NCBI GenBank assembly: GCA_951804945.1
Contig: OX638161.1
Coordinates: 45,508,001 to 45,572,000, forward strand
Source of the DNA: Podarcis cretensis
Taxonomy: Eukaryota
Length of the DNA stretch: 64,000 nt
Direction of reading: 5' to 3'
The translations under genes and the position numbers were made by a program. The notes under the pieces were generated by a model that was given only the letters and a program-made list of their open reading frames with translations, searched no databases and was not told the origin of the DNA. Shown here piece by piece: positions 35,044 to 47,200 of the stretch (position 1 is the first letter of the stretch; the number at the start of each line of letters is the position of its first letter).

Positions 35044-38000
35044 GTAAGAATCCATTTTAATTTTAAATGCATTTTCATGAAAGCTGCTTGCTTTACTTTG
35101 TTTGTCTGTTTGCTTTAGACAGAGAGATCCTATATGCATATAAGTTGGCAAACTGCTTTTAGTTTTGTGGGAGGGAGAATCTCATATATTAATGGATGGA
35201 TGTGAATATTGTTTGAAATGAAAGGCAAAATGCACATATTGACTCAACCATGTTTTGTGGTCTGATTGCACTCTAGTTACATTGCTGGTCTATACATATT
35301 TTCATCATTGTCATATAGAAATGGGTTAAGGAAGGTGTAGGTTGCAGTTATCTATTTTATTTCTCAGATTTAACATGTTGGTCCATGTGGAAATCAGGTA
35401 ACATAGGATTCTACTAAGTCATGCCTTCTGTTTTAAAATCAAATGTAATTGTTTTCTTTGTTGCATTTCATACTTTTTTCTGCATAAGCTAGCTATTACC
35501 TATAAATTTCCTCTTGAATATTTATTTGTTTATTTGATATATTTCTGGCAAAACCATCAGTACCTGAAAAAGAGTTAAAGAGATTTGCATTCATTCAGGA
35601 AGTAATGTGCTATTGAATGGGCTTCTTAGTTCAAGTTATTTGAACATATAGCATTGTAACTTAGAAATTAATGTATCTCCCCCCCCCCCCGGCCACTTTG
35701 AGTTTTGTTCTCTTTGTGTTTTTTAGGTTATTAATCAGTTTAATCCTCTGACAAGTGCATAGGTTTATCTGCCTTGGCGACAAAATCCCTTAGCATTAAT
35801 CTCCCAACATTGTTGCTTATTCTGTGGGTGCAATGCCCAACATAATATTTTTCTCTGTTTTGTGACAACACCAGCAACCTCTTGAACTAGTTGATTTATT
35901 TGCAGTGTATGTATAAAGTTCTACCAGCATATCATGGCCTCGGTGTTTGCCATTAATGAGATCATGGGAAATCCAAAACTCTTGCCCAATGTCACTCTTG
36001 GGTTTCACATCTACGACAGCTGCTCCAATTCAAGGATAACCTACCGTACTACACTGGACATGGTCTGCAAATCACATAGTTTTTTCCCTAACTATCAATG
36101 TGGCATCCCAAAAAATCTAATAGGAGTCATTGGAGGACTTGAATCTGACACCTCCACACGAATGGCAGACATCTTAGGTCTTTACAAGATCCCACAGGTA
36201 GGATATGCTGGTGTTTGTTATGGAAAATTTCCATAACCAACATATAATTTACTGCCGCTTGCTCATTCTGCTTTCCTTCTGCAATTTAATAATTTTTAAA
36301 GAGGATAACAATAACAAATATATAATCTGCACCAGGGTAATATTGGGGTTTCCAAAGCCATAAAGCACCATCTGGAACTCCCTCTTTGGAGAAGCTAGAA
36401 TGTGTCCCTCCTTATTGTCCTTCTGCCAGCAGTTGAAGACCTTCTTGTTCCAACAGGTTTGGGGAACTGACTGCTTTTAATGAAAGAGCTTGTGTTGTGC
36501 TGTTTTTATTGTAATTATTTATATGTCTTAAACTGATTATATGTATGGTGTTTATTCTATTAATGTTGTATTGTTTTTAATGACCGCCCCCGTGTTTGTA
36601 GTCATTCTTGTTTTTATCTGTAAGCCACCTTGAGTCCCATCAGGGAAAAATTATGGGGTATACTACTACTACTACCACTGTAGTTAATTTCAGAAACTGT
36701 TTCATAAAGTACGACAGCTTCAGGGGATGAAGCTGTCAAATGTTCAATTTATTTACCAAGAACATAAGCAGCTGCCTTCTTCCAGCTGAGACAAGTTGTT
36801 CATCAAGCTCAATATAGTTTACTGCACCCAAAGGTGGCTCTATAGGAAAAGAGTTAGAGATCTTGCACATCATCTGTAACAAAAAAAGCCAGTGGCTGTA
36901 TGTAGCACATTTTTTGTGCAGTGTATCTGATTTATCACCGAGCTGCAGTTTTTCCAACCCTTCCAAACTATGACAGCCTCTCACCCCTTTCTCTGAAATG
37001 TCTGAAAATTTATATGCATTTGTTCATTTAGTTTTCTTATGGCACCTTTGAACCAGCTGCGAATGATCAAAGCAATTGCCCAGCTTTTTACCGCATGGTC
37101 CCCAATGAAATTCTACAGTATGAGGGATTTGTCCAGTTACTTGTGCATTTTGGATGGACCTGGGTGGGGCTCATGACAATGGACACTGAAGCTGGAGAGC
37201 ATTTCTCAAAGGTCTTTGAGACCATGCTTTCTGAGAGTGGAATCTGTCTAGCATTCCAGGAAACTTTTCCCAAAAATGTGCATTTCATCGGCATGGAGGA
37301 AATAGTGACTCTCTTTCTCAACATTGTGCCAGATTTCATGAGGAGCACAGCCAACGTAATTGTTTTATATGGAGAAACTGCATCCATTGCATGGGTGACA
37401 GGTATTATATTTGTAAAAACATTATTTCCTATAACAGCTGCTGATTATGAGTTAAGTTCTATAGCGAGAGTGTGGATTATGACAGCTCAAATGGATCTCA
37501 CATTGCATATAGTTCAAAGGGATTTTAAAATGCAAACGCTCCATGGTGCCCTCTCCTTCGCAATTCACTCAAAGAAGATTCAAGGCTTCCAAGAATTTCT
37601 TCAGACTATCAACCCTTTGAAGGCGAAGGGAGATGGTTTTATTAAGGATACCTGGGAGAATGCATTTAGCTGTTCTGTTTCGACAGACTATGTTGATGAC
37701 CTCTGTACTGGGGAGGAGAGATTAGACAGCCTTCCTGCAACTTATTTTGACATGAGCATGACTGGCCACAGCTACAGTATCTATAATGCGGTCTATGCTC
37801 TGGCACATGCCTTACATATTACATACTCATCAAGATTCAGTAGAAGAGCAAAGGAGGATGGGAGACGATTGGCCCCTCATAGGGTGGAACCCTGGCAGGT
37901 AATGTCTTCTTATTGACTCTCAATGTTAAAAAGGGAAAATGGTGTCTGATCCGTCTTCACTGGGATACAATATAATATTTGGGGTGTGTCTCTGCTTGCT

Positions 38001-41000
38001 GTTTTCAAAAAAAACCATTATGTGTGGTGTGTGTTCAGGCCACACTTCTTAGAAATCTCATTGGAGGGCACTCTCATATGCATAATGTCTTCCTATGAGG
38101 CTCTTGTGGGTGTGGGAATGCTAGTAGTGGTAGCAGTTGCAAGAAGATGGTGCAATGATTTGTTGCTGTTTTTTTAAAAAAGTGCTTTAAAAATAAAAGA
38201 ACTGTTGTCTCTCAAAGTCAGTTGCTGGCCATCACAAATGGGGAGACGGCTGCTGTGCCAAAATCCTGTTTCAGCTTGGCTTTGGCATCTGGTTTACTCC
38301 TGTGAGAACAAGATCCTGGAGCAGAAGAAACATTGGTCTGATGAATCAGGGTCTTACTATGTTCTCAGTTCCTTGATTCTCCTTTTCTTTCCATCTAGAT
38401 TTTCTCTTTAATTCAGAGGATCTCTTTCAACAACAGTATTGGTGATGAATTTAAGTTCAATGAACATGGAGAGTTAGCAGCCGGGTTTGATATTACAAAC
38501 TTGATCACATTCCCAAATAATTCCTATGTCAGAGTCAAAGTGGGAAGGTTGGAGCCACAGGTATCATCTGGCATAAACCTCACCATTGATGACACGAGAA
38601 TTGAGTGGCATGAAAACTTCAGTCAGGTTGAAAGTGACTTAATCCTATTTCTCTTCCTTCTCCTCCTCCTGATTCTCCTTCTTCTCCCATGCTAGCAACA
38701 GTATGATAATATCTCACTCTTATTTCATGTACCAGCTTACATTTACATGCCATACCTCCACTCTGAATAGCCAACAGAGGGACTAAATTCCCCCCCCCCC
38801 ATGCCAATGTTCATGATCATTTAAGGAGCCTGGGAGACATTATATTGAACATAAAAATAAAAAGTCATTCTTCATGCATTACATGATTAACCATTGCAGT
38901 TAATGAGCCTACATACTGTGGTGTCAAGTAAGCTTTTCTTTCTAAAACAAAGCTTATGACTTTGTTGTTGTTGTTTTATTATTTTATAAACCATACTCAG
39001 AGTGAATATGCCCATACGGTTTGAAGGAAGTTGAAACACTTACTCACATCCTACAATATTACCATTTTTATAGGTACATCCATTCTATATTTATCACCCC
39101 AATCATCCAGCGAATCCCAAGCAGATCTGATGACCACTAGTTAAAATAGCTAATAGAGGACAGTGAAAGTGACTAAATTCTGTGTTTCTGCTATAAAACT
39201 AAGGAGACAAGCTCTGAATGAATCTGGTGGCCAATGTCTTAACGGGCACATTTTAAATTAGTGGTTAAAGGCTTTACCCTGTATATTTTAATTGTTTTAT
39301 ATCTGCATTACTTATTGTGTTTTAGCTTATAGATTTTAATTTTAACCTATTTATATGTTTTTTTTAATAGTTGTATATTTCTGTATTTCTGGTCTGTGGC
39401 CATAATAAATCCATTCTTCTTCTTATTGGGTTAGTCTGTCTCAGTTTCCATAAAACTGATATAGGGTAATAGCCATCTAAGACATAATAATTTAATTGAG
39501 AAAGCGTATTTCACCAATACTTTAAAGCTGGATGGCTGACAGCAGTGAAGTGATGGACCTTACTCTAAGCCTTCTATATTCACTGGAATAGATCCATGAG
39601 GTCTATGCAACTGAAGGTAACATTTTCCTTCCTTCAATAACAGGTACGTCCCTTCTCCCAGTGTAATGAAAAATGTCCTCCTGGTACCAGCAAGAAAAAG
39701 AAAGAGGGGGAGAAATTTTGTTGCTATGATTGCACTTCGTGTCCGGAAGGGAAGATTTCAGACCAGCAGGGTAGGAGATTTATTATTAAGAAATATGGAT
39801 CTGATCAAATAGTCAATTGTGTGTGACTTGTGACAAGTTGTATAATCTGAAAGATATACCAATGCCTGTCTTTGATGATCTTTTTGCCTCCTTGGTAGCT
39901 GTCTGAAGTAGAAATGAAATAATGTGTTTATCACGCATTCTCCAATTATCTTAAATGGTTTTGCTCTGTCATTTGGATAAAAAAGAAAGGCAATCTGTAT
40001 AGAATACCCCCAGCATGCTCCTGATCATGGCTCAACCACTGAGACTTGTAATTGTTTTATTGGGTTTCTATTATGAGAAATAGGGACGCAGGTGGCGCTG
40101 TGGGTTAAACCATAGAGCCTAGGACTTGCCGATCAGAAGGTCAGCGGTTCGAATCCCCGCGACGGGGTAAGCTCCCATTGCTCGGCCCCTTCTCCTGCCC
40201 ACCTAGCAGTTCAAAAGAATGTCAAAGTGCAAGTAGATAAATAGGTACCGCTCTGGCGGGGAGGTAAATGGTGCTTCCGTGTGGTGCTCTGGTTTGCCAG
40301 AAGCGGCTTAGTCATGCTGGCCACATGACCCGGAAGCTGTACGCCAGCTCCCTCGGCCAATAAAGCGAGATGAGCGCCGCAACCCCAGAGTCGGCCACGA
40401 CTGGACCTAATGGTCAGGGGTCCCTTTACCTTTATTATGAGAAATGGGGAAACACAGCTTTCCCTCCTATCTCCTGGAAACCTTTCTATGCTTTTATGTG
40501 AAGCACAAGTGATGAAGGTTCTGGAGATCAAGAAAGGCAAAATGCACATTTTCTCCTTTCTTCCCTTGTGAAGTCTCTTGATACTGAATAGGGAGTAGAG
40601 GTTTTTAACCTCACACCATATGAATATTGGTGCATCACTGCCTCCAAGATACTGTTCAGTGTGAGAGGCTCAAGTAGAGTTCTTTCTCCCTCCCTCCCTC
40701 CTTTCTTCTTCAGATGTGTCACCATCTTTCTTTCTAAAAAATGCTAACATGAGGTCCACAGAGCCTCATCAGGTTATTTTTTATTTTTTTGTTGTTTAGA
40801 ATTTTGCTTTTAATTTGCAAATAAATAAATTTATGCATATCTGTGGGAATTAGCAGATTGTGGAAACTACTGCTTTAGGGCTGTATCCAACCAAATCCTA
40901 CTCAGAGTAGATCCACTTAAAGAAGTTGATGGACATAATGTAGTCATGTGCCTTAAGTTCAATACATCTACTCTGCATAGGACTAGCACTGGATACAACC

Positions 41001-42410
41001 CTCAGCTTCAGGTTTTGTTGTTTCGCTTCCAGACTGATAAACATAACGTTTAGTATTGGAAGGAAGAGGTGAATCTTTTTAAGGTAACCGATAGATTCTG
41101 TCAATTTTAAAATCCCCTCTGGGGAAAAAAGCAATTTGTTTAGCAAAAAAACCATCCTAAGCTCATAAAATAAGCATAAAATAAGGTGAACAGCAGTTTG
41201 GACAATTTAAAACCAGCAAAAAAACTAATATCACACAGACATAGAATGAAGTTGGGGGGGGGGGGAATAAAGCAATCAACATGTTAAAATTTAAAAAGCC
41301 CAGGGGAAAATATACTTGGAATACCTGTTATGTTCTACACACTGCTCTAAATTCCCATCATACAGCTTAATAAAGAAGGTATAGTTAGGGTCTGATATGG
41401 TTAGGGTCTTTTGTGGCTGCAAGTATTGAGTTATATGGACCTGTTTGAAAGGGTATCTTATTCCAGAAAACAAATCAATTTTAAATTTGGTATTTTTTCC
41501 ACTTTTAGACATGGATTATTGCATCAGCTGCTCAGAAGATCAGTACCCAAATAAGGAAAAGGATCACTGCCTCCCCAAAGTCCAGACCTTCCTCTCTTTT
41601 GAAGAACATTTGGGTATTTCTTTAGCAACACTGGCTCTATACTTTTCCCTGGTCACAGCTCTGGTACTTGCAGTCTTCATTAAGCACAGGGACACTCCCA
41701 TTGTCAAAGCCAACAACCGAAGCCTTACCTATATTCTCCTGATCGCTCTCCTTCTTTGCTTTCTCTGCTCTTTGCTCTTCATTGGACAACCCAATAAGGT
41801 GACCTGCCTGCTTCGACAAACAGCATTTGGCATCATCTTCTCCATTGCTATTTCTTCAGTTTTGGCCAAAACCATTACAGTGGTTGTAGTTTTCATAGCC
41901 TCCAAACCAGGAAGCATTTTCCGGAAATGGGTGGGGAAAAGGTTGGCACTTTCAATTGTCTTTTCCTGTTCTCTTACCCAGCTAGGCATTTGTGCTGTTT
42001 GGTTGGCCACATCTCCCCCATTTCCAGGTCAGGACATGCACTCAGTGTCTGGAGAAATCATTGTGGAATGTAATGAAGGGTCAGTCTCCATGTTCTACTG
42101 TGTCTTGGGCTACATGGGCTTTTTGGCAACCATCAGTTTCAGTGTAGCTTTCCTAGCCAGAAAGTTGCCAGACAGTTTCAATGAAGCCAAGTTCATCACT
42201 TTCAGCATGCTGGTCTTTTGCAGTGTGTGGTTATCTTTTGTTCCAACCTACCTGAGCACCAAGGGAAAATACATGGTAGCTGTGGAAATCTTCTCCATCT
42301 TGGCCTCCAGTGCTGGGTTGCTAGGCTGCATCTTTTCTCCAAAATGCTACATTATTATTTTGAGGCCTGAGTTGAACAACAGGGAACAGCTAAAACGAAG
42401 AAATAATTGA
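34832..42410 (+). CDS. V2R gene 4: complete vomeronasal type-2 receptor, about 875 aa, 6 exons
   Basis: Exons 34832-35043, 35906-36197, 37032-37898, 38399-38626, 39644-39770, 41509-42410; GT-AG, 2628 nt in frame. Confidence 0.92.
35906..36197 (+). CDS. V2R gene 4 exon 2
   Basis: [26 protein letters not shown]; 292 nt. Confidence 0.92.
36330..36660 (+). mobile_element. L2 LINE 3' fragment
   Basis: ctggaactccct, tgaagaccttcttgtt, tgtaagccaccttgag L2 3'-end motifs. Confidence 0.55.
37032..37898 (+). CDS. V2R gene 4 exon 3
   Basis: [31 protein letters not shown]; 867 nt. Confidence 0.92.
38399..38626 (+). CDS. V2R gene 4 exon 4
   Basis: [22 protein letters not shown]; 228 nt; weak donor GTTGAA. 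Confidence 0.9.
39644..39770 (+). CDS. V2R gene 4 exon 5
   Basis: [25 protein letters not shown]; 127 nt; absent from the ORF track. Confidence 0.9.
40082..40432 (+). mobile_element. Sauria SINE
   Basis: Head gggacgcaggtggcgctg, tail cctttaccttt, 13-bp TSD tattatgagaaat. Confidence 0.95.
41509..42410 (+). CDS. V2R gene 4 exon 6 (7TM)
   Basis: 902 nt; class C 7TM motifs. Confidence 0.95.
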
Positions 42411-42666
42411 ATAATGGCAGAGTTTCTGGTGTCATTTTAAGATCCTTAAAGGAACACATTAATAAGTACTTGGGTCATCCACCAGGAACTGCGCTACACT
42501 TACAACTTTTTGCTGAAATTATATATCTAAGGATTTTAAATATATTCAGAAATAAAATAATATTTTGCATGCAGTATTTATGTGTGTTCACTTTTTGCCA
42601 CAAATCTGAAGAAGTGCACAATCTGACTATGACATGATTTCTGACCAAACAAATTTCTGCTGTGGA

Positions 42667-42712
<46 letters not shown>
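42667..42712. repeat. (GT)n(GA)n compound microsatellite
   Basis: Direct read. Confidence 0.9.
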
Positions 42713-44249
42713 AGGGAAATGCAAGCTGAACAATAATTGTGAGTAATAAATGGTTCCTAGGCATGTTCATCAGGTATCATGGAGATTATACAATAACACC
42801 CCCTGAATGTCCCAAGAAGAGGGATGTGTAACATCAGGTCTGGGGGAGAAATGCTGCCCACCCAATTGTTGCTTGATGACAAATGAGGGAGCAAAAATTC
42901 CAAACCAAATCAGTCACAAACGGGGGGAAAATGTGAGTCTGTATTAGAATACATAAGCATGACTAAGATTAATTTATTACCATAAAGTTGCATATGTTCT
43001 GTATATGGTACAGAATCTGTTGCAGTAGATACTACAAATAAGACCTAAATGGAATGACAAAAAATAATTGCCTGATTTGTTCAGCAAGGAAAAGAGGCAG
43101 TTGTAGAGTTTATGAGTTGATCCCAGAAACAGGTAGGTATTATTATTCAGGCATTTTGTTCTGGGTCATAAGGTCATCCCAAAAGGAAATATATAACATA
43201 TTCCAATGGAAGAATTAATGGCACAGACTGACATACCTGACATCAGGCAAATATGAGGTCCCCCCCACTGGCAAGCAAGGCTCCCTCTCAGCTCCCATCA
43301 GCACTGACACCTCTGGGATGTCCCATTGGAATCAGCTGCATGTGCAAGTTCCCCATTAGGAACTTTTTAGGCTGAGCCCCACAAGTAAGTGACACAAGTT
43401 AACCTCAAAAGTTTTCTTAACTGGGTAGGAAGAGGGTGATCTGAAAGTTGGGGACATTGACACCAGTTCCTTGTCGTGGTCTTTCAGCACCTTTCCACTT
43501 CTGCAAAGGTGGAGGATCTATGAGGAAGGTCCACCCACAGAGGCTGATGGATCCAATGGGATTCCAGATGGCTCTGGGGGTTTTCTGGCTGATTGGACCA
43601 GCCCTGTGGTCAAAGTACTGCCCAACCTCTGGAATATCCAAATGGGTTGGGCTGTTGACATGGCTGATATTGAGCACCCTTGCCCACTTGGGTCAAAAGA
43701 ATGCAAATTGGTATGGAAATGTGAATTAAAGACTGTGAAAACAGAAACTGAGAAAAACCAAAATTGCTCCTCTCTATATGCTGATGACAATGTCCTGGTT
43801 AAATTAAGAAATATGTCCCAGCATTAAAATTTGTTATAGAAGGCTTGGAGTGGAAAAAAGAATAGTATTGCATGCCATCCCCAATCTCTGAGTCGTGCAA
43901 GAGTCCAGAGAATTCTAGGCATGTTTTCCCATGTTTATTGTTTCCTTTTGGAAATTGAGACACAGATGAGACTATCGCGTCTTTGTGATATATGGTTTAT
44001 TTACACATATGTACAACCTGAGCCTACGATGGAGGGGTTCACAGCATAATCACCCTAGTAGGGTCTTGTTTCTCCCATATCTGCAACCTTGGATTCAAAC
44101 TGACCTCAGCAAGAACTCTGACTGTCTCTCTAACTTTCTGTGTTTTACGGACTGCTGCCTTTACCAGACTGCAACCTTTTTTCCTTAGCTCAAATCATGC
44201 CCAAACTATTCTAAACTCAACTCTGCTTTAAGAAAGGGGGTAAAGGGAA

Positions 44250-45092
44250 AATCACAACGGAGAAAAATACATGAGTAGCCAACAATTGCAGGGGGGAAGC
44301 TGGACTGGCTAAAGCTGGGGTTTGCAAGAGAAGTTAAATATAAAATAAAAGGTTTATTTGGCTATGTCTGAAGAGGAAGAACAAGCAAGTGGTAGGTCCT
44401 CCATATGGGAAAGGCTACTCAACACCTACTTTGCCTCTTTCTTCACCCAAAAGGGAAGTGATGCCCAACCTAGTGATAACAGAATAAATGATGTAAGGAG
44501 GGAGCACCAGCCCAAGATAGGAAAAGAGGTAGTGAGGGAACACCTAGCTACTTTAAATGAATTCAAATCTACAGGGCCTGATGACCTGCATCCAAGGTTA
44601 CTAAAGAAACTTGTGGATGTAATTTCAAAGCATTTGACTATTATCTTTGGGAATTCTTGGAGAACAGGTGAGGTCCCTACAGATTGGAAGCGGGCAAATA
44701 TTCTCCCCAACTTCAAAGGGCAAGGGGAGTAAGACCCAGGAGCTGGGTATGTTTAGCCTGGAAAAGAGGAGAGTGAGATAGCCATCTTCAGATATGTTAA
44801 GGGCTGTCACACGGAAGAGGTAGCATGCTTGTTTTGTCCTGCTCTGAAGGGTAAGACTCAAACCAATGGCTTCAAGTTACAAGAAAGGAGATTCTGGCTA
44901 AACATTTGGAAAAACTTTCTGATAGTAAGAGGTATTTGGCAGTGGAACAGACTCCCACGAGAGGTGGTGGACTTTCCTTCCTTGGAGGTTTTTAAACAGA
45001 GGTTGGATGGCCATCTGCCACGGATACTTTAGCATTGCTGGGGGTTGGACTATATGACCCTTGGGCCCCTTCCAACTTTTATGATTCTATGA
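44250..45092 (+). mobile_element. Internally deleted CR1 LINE
   Basis: KSTGPDDLHPRLLK, GEVPTDWKRANI RT N-terminal motifs joined near 44740 to the CR1 3' end with atgattctatga tail. Confidence 0.85.
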
Positions 45093-45411
45093 AAACTCTT
45101 TGTCTTCTGAACTAACTCTGACACAAACAGTTCCCTCTCTTTGGCTTTCTTGTTTGTCTGATACCTTCCCTTTGTCATTTGTAGCGGCTCATCAACTAGG
45201 AAATTACCAACCTAGCTTGGCTATTCAAGCAATTGAATCCATGCCGGACCCAGGAATTAGAAGCAGGGTCCAAGAATTAGAAGGGAGTCTGGGCATTCAG
45301 CCTACCACCTCCCCCAAAAAGTCTCATAACACCATGAAGAAAGTGAAACAAAGGGCTCAGGTGGGATCTACCATTCTGCATAAATATCAACAGAAGGTAT
45401 ATTTTTTGATA

Positions 45412-45637
45412 CAGTGGTACCTCGGGTTAAGAACTTAATTCATTCTGGACGTCCGTTCTTAACCTGAAACTGTTCTTAACCTGAGGTACCACTTTAGCTA
45501 ATGGGGCCTCCCGCTGCCACTGTACCGCCGCTGCACAATTTCTGTTCTCATCCTGAAGCAAAGTTCTTAACCCGAGGTACTATTTCTGGGTTAGCAGAGG
45601 CTGTAACCTGAAGCGTCTGTAACCCGAGTTGCCACTG
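45412..45637. mobile_element. Tigger-type MITE (family B)
   Basis: TIR cagtggtacctcgggtta / taacccgagttgccactg; TA TSD. Confidence 0.88.
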
Positions 45638-45803
45638 TACATTATTTTTTTATTAAAAAAAGATTTGCACTGAAAACTGACTTGATTTCATGTTTGATAT
45701 ATATGTCAACTAATAAAATTCAGAAAATCATGACATAAAACCAGCATTATTTCATTATACCCAGGCAATAAAGTATTGAATAATAGAAAGATTTCCTTTA
45801 CAA

Positions 45804-45805
<2 letters not shown>

Positions 45806-45839
<34 letters not shown>
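45806..45839. repeat. (GT)n microsatellite
   Basis: Direct read. Confidence 0.9.
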
Positions 45840-45842
<3 letters not shown>

Positions 45843-46298
45843 ATATCAGACTTGCATCTCATTTTCTTTTAAAAAAGCCCATTTCACACCACAAAATTCT
45901 GAAGAAATTTAGACCCTTCAAGTAGTCCCAATTTATTAACACATATTACATTTCAGTATAGATTACCCAAAATATAAATAAAAACATGAACTCTTTCTTC
46001 ATATGTTACAGAAATAGACTTTGGAGCTTCAGATTGGGTCCCACAAAGAAGACTCTATTTTCATAGGATTATAACTTCACTTAAAATAAAAAGTAATGAT
46101 TTCACAACAACCCTTCAGTCCAGCTCCCACAAAGAAATATAACTTCAATAAAAATAAAATATTTTTTTTATCTCAAAACAACCCTACAATAATAATAAAT
46201 GCTTAAATACTTTCATTATTTCACATAGTACCAGTTTTTCTGTAGCTATTTTATGTTTCCCTGTGCTGGGGAAAAATAGCCATGAATGAATTTATTAT

Positions 46299-47200
46299 TC
46301 ATTTATTTCTCTGCATTATCTGCTCTTTGTTGTTAAGCTCAGGCCTAAAAACAATAATGTAGCATTTAGGAGAAAAGATACATCCTAGTAACCCTGCACT
46401 GGAAGCTAAGATAGAGAAAATCTCCACAGCCACCATGTATTTTCCTCTTGTGCTCAGGTAAGTTGGAACAAAAGAGAGCCAAACGCTGCAAAAGACCAAC
46501 ATACTGAAAGTGATGAACTTGGCTTCATTAAAACTGTCAGGCAACTTCCTGGCTAGGAAAGCTACTGTGAAGCTGACAATGGCTAGGAAGCCCATGTAGC
46601 CCAAGACACAATAAAACATGATGCTTGAGCCTTCATTACATAGCAATATAATTTCTTCAGTCCCTGAGGGTGTGTCCACATCTGGGAATGGTGGAAAGGT
46701 TCCCAACCACAGAATACAAATCCCTACTTGAGTACTAGAGGAGGAGATGACTACGGAATAAGCCAAGCGTTTACCAATCCATTTCCTCATCCTGGATCCT
46801 GGTTTAGTAGCCATGAATGCCAAAACCACAGAGATGGTTTTGGCCAAGATGCTAGAAAGGGCTACAGAGAAGACAATACCAAAAGCAGTTTGTCGCAGAA
46901 GACAGGTCACCCCATTAGGCTTTCCAAGAAACAACAAAGAGCAGAGGAAACACAAGAGGAGGGAGATGAGAAGAATGTAGGTGAGGCTTCTGTTGTTGGC
47001 CTTGACTATGGCAGTGTTCCGGCATTTAATGAAGATGACAAGCACCAGAACTGTGGTCAGAGACAACAAAAGCGCAAAGGAAATTAGAACAATGCCCAAA
47101 GTGTCATCAAAAGCCAGGAAGTTTGGAATCTTAGGAATGCATCGATCCCGATCTTTGTTTGGATAGTGATCATTTGGACAAGAGACACAAGTTTCCATAT
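46299..47200 (-). CDS. V2R gene 5 exon 6 (7TM)
   Basis: 902 nt; class C 7TM motifs. Confidence 0.95.

Noticed and set aside
40082-40160. tRNA genes
   Set aside because: A/B boxes belong to tRNA-derived SINE heads, followed by SINE body and TSDs
43190-43720. Possible unclassified repeat or coding remnant in the tail-to-tail spacer
   Set aside because: Could not define termini or protein motifs by eye
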